Source of the DNA: an uncultured Spirochaetota bacterium | Lineage (GTDB): Bacteria; Spirochaetota; Spirochaetia; SZUA-6; Fen-1364 | Direction of reading: 5' to 3' | Assembly (NCBI GenBank): GCA_963845535.1 | Contig: CAWJSK010000023.1 | Location: 32,001-96,000 of the forward strand | Length of the DNA stretch: 64,000 nucleotides | Shown here: piece by piece, positions 56,994 to 64,000 of the stretch | How the letters are laid out: every line of letters begins with the position of its first letter | Position numbering within the stretch: position 1 is the stretch's first letter | Notes under the pieces: model-generated | Told to the model about the DNA's origin: nothing | Databases searched by the model: none | The model's input: the letters and a program-made list of their open reading frames with translations, nothing else | Made by a program: the position numbers and the translations under genes

Positions 56994-58610
56994 ATGGAAA
57001 CGTTGCTGGAGATGCATCGCCGCGGAGACAGGGAGGGAATCTGGAAACGCTACTGCGGGTTTCTGGAGCTCACCGTGGAGGAGTTCAACGCCACCCAGGC
57101 GCGGCTTCTGGAAGAGCAGCTTGGGAAGTGGAAGACCAGCGCGCTCGTGAAGAGGATCCTGGGTGACCCGCTGCCGAGAACCGAGGAAGAGTTTCGCGCC
57201 CGGGCGCCCATAACCACGTACGAGGACTACGCGGGGAGCCTTTTGTCCCGAACGGACAAGGACCTTCCTGGCCCCACGCACACGTGGGTCCACACGTCCG
57301 GCAAGAGCGCCGAATACGAGTTCAAGTGGGTGCCGTACACCCAGGCGATGTACGACAATCTTTCCGACTGCACCCTTGCGTCGTTCATCCTCGGACCGTG
57401 CCGCGAGCGTGGGCATATCGCCCTGCGGGAAGGGGACCGGTTGATGTTTTCCCTGGCCCCCGCTCCGTACGTCTCAGGCCTGTGCATGCAGGCCCTGCGC
57501 GAGCAGTTCAACTTCACGATCTGGCCTGAGTACGAGAAAGCCTTGAAGATGGACTTCTTCGACAGGACCCGTGAAGGGATACGGCTCGCATTCTCCGAGG
57601 GCATCGACTACTTCTACGGGATCACCTCGATCATGCTCAATATCAGCGAGCAGCTTGAACAGGCAGGAAAGCGGGGGAAAGGCGGGCAGGCGGACGGCCT
57701 TCTGCGCCAGCCGAAGGCCGTCCTGCGCCTCCTGAAAGGAATGCTGAAGGCCAGGCTCCGGGGCGGACCACTGCGGCCTCGGGATCTTTGGAACGTGAAG
57801 GGGATCATGTGCTCGGGGATGGATACGGCCATCTACCGTGACAGGATCCGCGCGATGTGGGGGGAGTATCCGTGGGAAGTCTATGGCTGCACGGAGCTCG
57901 CGTTCATCGGGTTCCAGCATTACGCCGGCCCGGGGCTCGTCCTCAGGGACCGGAGCTGCTACGTCGAGTTCATGGAGCTGGAGCACTACGCCCGTTGGAA
58001 GGAGGACCGCACGCAGCGGCCACCCCTGCGGAGGCTGTCCGAGTTGGAGGCGGGAAAGGAGTACGTGCTCGTGGGGACGAGCTTCCACGGCGGCGTCTTC
58101 GTCCGCTATGTCCCCGGAGATTCCCTGAAGGTCGCTTCCCTGGCGGATGAGAGCCTGGACCTCAAGCTCCCGCGGTTCATGTTTTCCTCGCGCATAGACG
58201 ACGTGATCGACATTGCCGGTTTCACGCGTCTTTCGGAGAAGGTGATCTGGTCCGCCATCGAGAAGTCAGGGATCGACTATGTGGACTGGGTGGTGGCCAA
58301 GGAATACCGCAACGAGAACCCTGTGCTGCACCTCTACCTGGAGACGCGCACGGATAGGTATGACCCGCTTCGCGTGCGGGAGCTGATCCATGAGCAGCTC
58401 ACGCGCATCGACGAGCCGTACCGCGACCTGGAACAGATGGCGGGGATCAAGCCTCTTGTCGTCACCCTTCTGACGCGGAGCACGTTTGCCCGCTACCAGA
58501 AGGAGAGGCAGGCGGCCGGATCCGATCTTGCGCATTCCAAGCCGCAGCACATGAACCCGGGTCCCGAGGTGGTGTCCCGGCTTTTGGCAATGAGCGCTTT
58601 GGAGATATAG
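56994..58610 (+). CDS. GH3-family acyl acid-amido synthetase (ANL adenylating enzyme)
   Basis: PITTYEDY, HTSGKS...KWVP (motif I), YGCTE (motif II), VRYVPGD (motif III). Confidence 0.85.
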   Translation: METLLEMHRRGDREGIWKRYCGFLELTVEEFNATQARLLEEQLGKWKTSALVKRILGDPLPRTEEEFRARAPITTYEDYAGSLLSRTDKDLPGPTHTWVHTSGKSAEYEFKWVPYTQAMYDNLSDCTLASFILGPCRERGHIALREGDRLMFSLAPAPYVSGLCMQALREQFNFTIWPEYEKALKMDFFDRTREGIRLAFSEGIDYFYGITSIMLNISEQLEQAGKRGKGGQADGLLRQPKAVLRLLKGMLKARLRGGPLRPRDLWNVKGIMCSGMDTAIYRDRIRAMWGEYPWEVYGCTELAFIGFQHYAGPGLVLRDRSCYVEFMELEHYARWKEDRTQRPPLRRLSELEAGKEYVLVGTSFHGGVFVRYVPGDSLKVASLADESLDLKLPRFMFSSRIDDVIDIAGFTRLSEKVIWSAIEKSGIDYVDWVVAKEYRNENPVLHLYLETRTDRYDPLRVRELIHEQLTRIDEPYRDLEQMAGIKPLVVTLLTRSTFARYQKERQAAGSDLAHSKPQHMNPGPEVVSRLLAMSALEI

Positions 58611-58668
58611 TCTCTCCGGCGCACAGGGGGATTCGGTTCGAATGCAGGGCTCATAAGGATAACCGCGG

Positions 58669-61600
58669 ATGCTTGTGTACGCAGCAACAATCAAGTTTCT
58701 CGCGTTGATAGGATACGTGGTTCTTCTCTTCGTCTGCCTGCGCAGCCGGGTGGCTCCGTCGCTGAAGCTGCACTTCGCCCTCTACCTCCTGGGGCTCGGC
58801 TTCTGGCAGCTCACGTCGCTCGTCCTGACGGTCACCTCCAGCCCGCGGGCCGCGCTGTTCTGGTACAACATGGAGGTCTCCAGCCTCGGGCTTCAGAGCG
58901 TGATCTTCCTTCCGCTGACGCGGACTTTCCTCCAGATCAGGAGCCGCCCGGGGATATCGATTGCGGCATACGTGATGTGCGTGGCCGTCGTGATGGCTGG
59001 AGTGCTCGGCATTTCATTTTCCGGCGTGGTGTTGGGCGGGTCCGGATACTTCATTCCCACCCTGGCTCCCGCGGCATATGGAGTGAGCTTCGTTGGATAC
59101 TTCTTCTGGATATGGGGCGTCTCCGCGCTCGTTGCCGGGCTTCGCAGGGAGCGCCTCCGACTGCAGCGAAACCGGATCCAGTACGTGCTCCTTGGCGCGC
59201 TGACCGTCATGGCGGGGATAGCCACGAACTATACGTCACTTCAGGCGTACCCCGTGGATACCGTCTGCGCGCTCATCAACGCGGTGCTTGTGGCGTATTC
59301 CGTGACGCGCTACCGGCTTGTCGACACGGGGTTGGTCCTGCGGAGGGCGCTCACCATCATGCTGCTGGCCGTCATCGGCATTGGCGGCTACATCCTCTTC
59401 TCCTATGTGGCGGGGCTTGTCGCTCAACCCGCGGGCCGGTGGGAGTTCAGCGTGCCCGGGCTCGTCGGGTTCATCATCCTTTTCTCTCTGTTCATCCTCC
59501 TGGGGTGGAAATCCGTCAAGCCGCTCATCGACCGGATTGCCGGCAGGCGCACCCTCAGCTACGACCGCGTGCTGGAGCAGTTCAGCCAGGCCGCGCGCTC
59601 GGAGCTGGAGATCGGGAAGCTGAAAAGCCTCGTGGTGCAGACGGCGGTCGACGCCGTGGGAGCCGAACGGGGCTGCCTCCTGTCCGGCCGCGGGCCCTCG
59701 GATGACTACACGGCGGACAGCGTCTTCGGTTCATGGCCCGCCGAGCTCAACGGGTTCTCCGTGAAGTCCTCCGACGATTTCGTTCGGGCGTTGAAAGGCC
59801 GCAAGTTTCCCCTCTGGGAACAGGAGCTCGCTCTCAACCCCGGCCTGGCCTACCTGAGGCCCCTCTGCGAGCCTTTCTTTCAGGTCACGGGAACCTCCGT
59901 GGCCATCCCCGTGATCCAGGAGGAATCGCTCCAGGGCATCCTGTGCCTGGGAAACAGGGTCTCCGACGGCTTGTACGGGACCGAGGATCTCCGCTTCCTG
60001 TCCACGCTTGCCAACGTGGCGGCGTCAACGTTCGCCGTTGCGTTGAACTATCGAGAGATCCGTCGACAGCTTTCCATCCAGACTTTCCTTTTCGTTCTCA
60101 GCGAATCGCTCGTGCGCTTTGCAGGATCCGAGGAGGCCATCCGTACGGCCCTTGGGGTCCTGCGGGATTTCCTGGGAGTCGAGGACTGCTTCGTGCTCGC
60201 GCTGGGCAGGGCTGGGGAGGTGCGCGTGCACTCCATCCGTGAGCCTGCGCCGCGCCTCGAGGAACAGCTCACGTGGGTGGGCGCGTCGTTGGCGGCCGGC
60301 AAAGGGAAACGCCGCAGCGACCCTCGCTTCGCGGAGGCGCTGGACGCCTCGGGCATGGAGCTGATGGATCACCATCCCGGGACATCGCTCGTCAGCTCCC
60401 TCACGTATCTGCCCCTTTCAAGCGGCGGGGAGTTGATGGGCTTCCTGGCGCTGACGGGGCGCAGAGGTGACGGCGCGGGCCGTGAGGACAGCGCGTTTTC
60501 CGGGGCGTTCCGTGCCATTCTTTCCCAGGGCCTTCTTTCCCTTCGGCACGTATCAGAGCTTCGGGCGCTGAAGGAACGGTATCAGTCGCTTTTCGAAAGC
60601 GTGCTGGACGCCGTGATAACGTTTTCTGAGGACGGCCGGCTGATCGACACCAACCCGGCGGGAAGGGAGCTTTTCGGGATCAGCACCGGGGAGGGCGGAG
60701 ACTGGAACCTGTCCCGCAACTGCCGCCTCCAGCCGGAGGAGTTCTCGGCGCTTCAGACGGAGCTGGCAGAGCGCGGGAGCATCCGGGACTTCGAGATGCA
60801 TCTTCAGGGTCCGCCGGGCGGCGCGCGGACGGTGCTTTTCAGCGGCGGCGTGGACGACAGGTCGCCAAGCAGCCAGCGCGTGGTCCACGGCATCCTGCGG
60901 GACGTGACGGAGCAGCGGGAGCTGCAGCGCCAGCTCCTCCAGGCGCAGAAGATGGAAAGCATCGGGACAATGGCCGGTGGGATTGCCCATGATTTCAACA
61001 ACATCCTGACCGCGGCCATCGGTTACGCAAAGCTCATTCGGGAGGACATCGCGGATCCGGACTCCGTCCTTTCCCACCTCCGGATCGTCGAATCGAGCAT
61101 GCACAGGGCAACCGACCTGACGCGACGCCTCCTGTCGTTTGCCCGGGAAGGCATCGTGGACCGCAGGCCGGTGAGGATCAACGACATCGTGCTGGAGACC
61201 GTCCAGCTCCTGCGCCGAAGCCTGGACCTTTCCATCGACGTCAGGACCGAATGCCAGCCGGAGCTTCCGGCAATCATGGGTGACCACGGCCAGATCCACC
61301 AGATGCTCATGAACCTCTGCGTCAACGCCGGGGACGCAATGCCGCACGGAGGCGTCCTCAGCCTGAAAACGCGGCTGAAGGAGAGCTTCGGGTCTCGGGA
61401 AGGGCCGGCGGCCGGGGCGCAGGAAAAGCGGCGCGTGCTTCTGGAGGTCAGCGACACCGGGACGGGCATCGAGGCCGGCCATCTTCCGAGGATTTTCGAT
61501 CCTTTCTTCACCACCAAGGGACCGGGCAAAGGGACAGGGCTGGGACTGTCGATCGTGTATGGAATCGTCCAGAGGCACGGCGGCCGCATTGAGGTGTCCA

Positions 61601-62088
61601 GCGTTCGCGGCCAGGGAACGGTTTTCGAGATTTCCTTTCCCGTCACGGAGACCGGCCCGGTCACGGCAACCATCTCCGCGGATGCCGCCCCGACTGCCCG
61701 GGGCCACGAAACGATCATGATCGTCGACGACGAGGCGGACCTTAGGAGTCTCGTGAGGATCACCCTGGGGGAACGGGGCTACACGGTGATCGAGGCCGCT
61801 GACGGGATTGAGGCCGTGGAGCTGTTCCAGGCAAGCTCCACCCCCATCGACCTCGTCCTCATCGACCTCATCATGCCGCGGCTGGGCGGACGGGAGACGT
61901 ACGTGAAAATGCGGGAGCTCGATCCACGGATCAAGGCGCTTTTTGCGACCGGCTACGGGATTGACGACAAGACGGAAGACCTGCTTGCAACGGGCGCCTT
62001 GGGGATCATCAGGAAACCCTACGAGGTGGAGTCAGTGGAAAAGGAGATACGGCGCATCCTCGACGCCCCGGTTCAGTCCCCGCCATAG
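58669..62088 (+). CDS. Membrane hybrid sensor histidine kinase (multi-TM, GAF, PAS, HisKA, HATPase, REC)
   Basis: About 9 N-terminal TMs; [43 protein letters not shown]. Confidence 0.95.
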   Translation: MLVYAATIKFLALIGYVVLLFVCLRSRVAPSLKLHFALYLLGLGFWQLTSLVLTVTSSPRAALFWYNMEVSSLGLQSVIFLPLTRTFLQIRSRPGISIAAYVMCVAVVMAGVLGISFSGVVLGGSGYFIPTLAPAAYGVSFVGYFFWIWGVSALVAGLRRERLRLQRNRIQYVLLGALTVMAGIATNYTSLQAYPVDTVCALINAVLVAYSVTRYRLVDTGLVLRRALTIMLLAVIGIGGYILFSYVAGLVAQPAGRWEFSVPGLVGFIILFSLFILLGWKSVKPLIDRIAGRRTLSYDRVLEQFSQAARSELEIGKLKSLVVQTAVDAVGAERGCLLSGRGPSDDYTADSVFGSWPAELNGFSVKSSDDFVRALKGRKFPLWEQELALNPGLAYLRPLCEPFFQVTGTSVAIPVIQEESLQGILCLGNRVSDGLYGTEDLRFLSTLANVAASTFAVALNYREIRRQLSIQTFLFVLSESLVRFAGSEEAIRTALGVLRDFLGVEDCFVLALGRAGEVRVHSIREPAPRLEEQLTWVGASLAAGKGKRRSDPRFAEALDASGMELMDHHPGTSLVSSLTYLPLSSGGELMGFLALTGRRGDGAGREDSAFSGAFRAILSQGLLSLRHVSELRALKERYQSLFESVLDAVITFSEDGRLIDTNPAGRELFGISTGEGGDWNLSRNCRLQPEEFSALQTELAERGSIRDFEMHLQGPPGGARTVLFSGGVDDRSPSSQRVVHGILRDVTEQRELQRQLLQAQKMESIGTMAGGIAHDFNNILTAAIGYAKLIREDIADPDSVLSHLRIVESSMHRATDLTRRLLSFAREGIVDRRPVRINDIVLETVQLLRRSLDLSIDVRTECQPELPAIMGDHGQIHQMLMNLCVNAGDAMPHGGVLSLKTRLKESFGSREGPAAGAQEKRRVLLEVSDTGTGIEAGHLPRIFDPFFTTKGPGKGTGLGLSIVYGIVQRHGGRIEVSSVRGQGTVFEISFPVTETGPVTATISADAAPTARGHETIMIVDDEADLRSLVRITLGERGYTVIEAADGIEAVELFQASSTPIDLVLIDLIMPRLGGRETYVKMRELDPRIKALFATGYGIDDKTEDLLATGALGIIRKPYEVESVEKEIRRILDAPVQSPP

Positions 62089-62795
62089 CGGGCGTCGTAC
62101 AGGTCGTTCTGCAGCGTCCGGGATATCGTCAGCGCCGTGTCCCGCGCAAGCTGATCGAAGCCGTTCTGAAGGTCTTCCTCCGAAAGGCTTGCAAGCGCGG
62201 CGGTGGTCACGAAGCTCCCCAGCGTGGAGTCCAGGCCGAACATGCCGGGAGTGGCTGTCCGATCCACCTCGATGTCCCTTCGCCACACGATTGTCTTTTC
62301 CCCGTTGCTGAAGAGGTTGACGGTAAGCTTCATCCGCAGGCTCACCGCGCTCGTCCACGAGCTTGCATGGACGCCCCATTTGTGGATGTCGAAGTCAAGC
62401 AGGTATTCCGCGGAATCAGCGTCGTTTTCCTGCTTCGCCTCGAGGACGCTGAGACACGTGGTATACGATTCGTCGCGGACCATCCCCGGCACGTCGACCA
62501 CCTGGAGGGCCTGCCGCATGAGCGTCTGGACCCGGTCCGCGTTCGCCGCTTTCGCGATGTTCCCGCCCACACTGAGAGCCGCCATGAATGGGCTGGAGAA
62601 ATCGATGTAGTAATGCACGTCCATGTTCGGCTCCGGAGGCAGGCGCATCTGGACCGCCATCGTGTGGTCTTGCAGGTCGAACTCCCCGAGCCTGTTGATG
62701 GTTGTGCAGGAGACAAGGGCGAGCGCGCCGATCACGGCTGAGAGACCTGCCGCGCGCGCGAGTATTGCGTTGGTCTTCCATTTTCTTTCTTTCAT
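62073..62795 (-). CDS. Hypothetical lipoprotein
   Basis: SD AAGGAG; basic N-terminus plus LALVSC lipobox. Confidence 0.78.
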   Translation of the reverse strand: MKERKWKTNAILARAAGLSAVIGALALVSCTTINRLGEFDLQDHTMAVQMRLPPEPNMDVHYYIDFSSPFMAALSVGGNIAKAANADRVQTLMRQALQVVDVPGMVRDESYTTCLSVLEAKQENDADSAEYLLDFDIHKWGVHASSWTSAVSLRMKLTVNLFSNGEKTIVWRRDIEVDRTATPGMFGLDSTLGSFVTTAALASLSEEDLQNGFDQLARDTALTISRTLQNDLYDARYGGD

Positions 62796-62805
62796 GGCTT
62801 GCTCC

Positions 62806-64000
62806 TTAGAACACTTCCCGAACCGTTTTCTGCCACCCTTCGTCCGGCCGGACCCCCGCGTCAGCCAGCGCGCGGGAAAGCGACATCAGCTCCCGCCAGG
62901 CGCGTTCATCCGCCGCCCGTCTCACCGTCCCGCCGTTGAGATGCACAGGGAATGCCTGAACGTACCGCACCTTCCCATTATAGACCCCGAGCCTCAGGAT
63001 CACAGAGTCCTGTCCGCCCGGGGTCCCCTGCATGCCGGGGAAGATGAAGTTGCCCAGCGAATAGGCGATCAGCCGACCATCAAAGGCTTCCATGCCTTCC
63101 AGGACGTGCGGGTGTGCTCCAATGACGAGGTCCGCCCCCTGGCGCACGAGCTGCCGGTAGAGCCGCCGCTGCTCCGACGTCGGGGTCGCGCTCCACTCCG
63201 TGCCTCCATGGACAAACGCGATGTTGAATGCGCCATCACCGGAGAACGCCCTGCCCGCGGCGGCAAGGCCCTGCCGGTCCAGCCACAGGATCCCCGGTCG
63301 TGAATCCTGCGCGCGTTCAACCACCCGGCCGTCAAACCCGGTTCTGTCTACGGGAAATGCGCCGAAGGAGAGGACGCGTACTTCCTGCGCGCCGACCTTT
63401 ACCACCGCCGGTCGGCCGGCTTCTTCCCGGTTTGCTCCCGCTCCCGAGGTCATGATCTTCCACGTCGAGAGGGCCGCGAGGGTCTGGAGGAATCCCGGGA
63501 GGCCGAAATCGAAGGTATGATTGTTGGCGAGCGACAGGTAGGAGAAGCCTGCCTGCTTCAGCGCGCCCACGGCGTCAGGAAGGAAGCGAAACGTGTAGCT
63601 CTTGTCCTGCGCCGTCCCTGACGACGCGGCAGAAGATTCCAGGTTCCCGAGAAGGAAGCCGCTTCCCCGCAGAAGCGCCAGTGTGTCACCGAAAACTCTT
63701 TCCAGGCCACCCCGTGCAATCAAAGCGCGGTCAACGCCGCGCGCGGGCATAATGTCCCCGACCGCCTCGATCCATGCGATCTGCGTCGCCGCGCCGGGAG
63801 GGGGGGAGGGAGCCGCGAATACCACTGGCGCAGCCTTCCGTCCGAGCTTTTCAGCTCGAGGCACACGTTGACGCGCATGGGATACCCGGGCTCATCGGGA
63901 AGCGAGCCGTCCAGGGGAAGGGCGACGTCAGGAAGCGAGACCGCGCACAGGGGGAGCGTACGAACCCCACCGCGGGCAACATCCGCCCTGGTTGCCGCGC
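62806..64000 (-). CDS. CapA-family (PGA_cap) metallophosphoesterase, 5'-truncated; frameshift in G7 run at 63800-63806
   Basis: AVGDIM, GNLE, SLANNH.FDFG, HGGTE, GAHPHV, YSLGNFIF; plausible N-terminal domain continues in another frame to the window edge. Confidence 0.85.

Overview
GC-rich, gene-dense bacterial core-chromosome segment, most likely from a Spirochaetota (Spirochaetia) genome; this is inferred from gene content and gene style, not from a search. Housekeeping genes: mutL, PBP1A, aroA/aroB, a ClpX-like ATPase, hisS, pcnB, prfB (programmed +1 frameshift), ftsY, lolCDE-like ABC transporter, mcsA-mcsB-clpC, two Mla/MCE ABC systems and many TPR proteins. No rRNA, tRNA, CRISPR array or mobile element was seen. 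Most notable: (1) an unannotated ~100-nt structured sRNA candidate at 10592-10689 (-) with a sigma28-like promoter, C-rich anti-SD loop and UUCG terminator; (2) an ICMT-like methyltransferase + GH3 acyl-amido synthetase + membrane hybrid histidine kinase module that may make and sense a signal; (3) an in-frame GNAT-GH20 hexosaminidase fusion; (4) an orphan Cas2-like gene heading the prfB operon; (5) a reduced rnfCDEA cluster whose RnfD lacks the flavinylation Thr; (6) a metallophosphoesterase + ParB/Srx-like pair; (7) many leaderless or very-short-leader promoters. Five single-base frameshifts (PHP, aroB, rnfA, a hypothetical gene, capA-like) are probably assembly errors.
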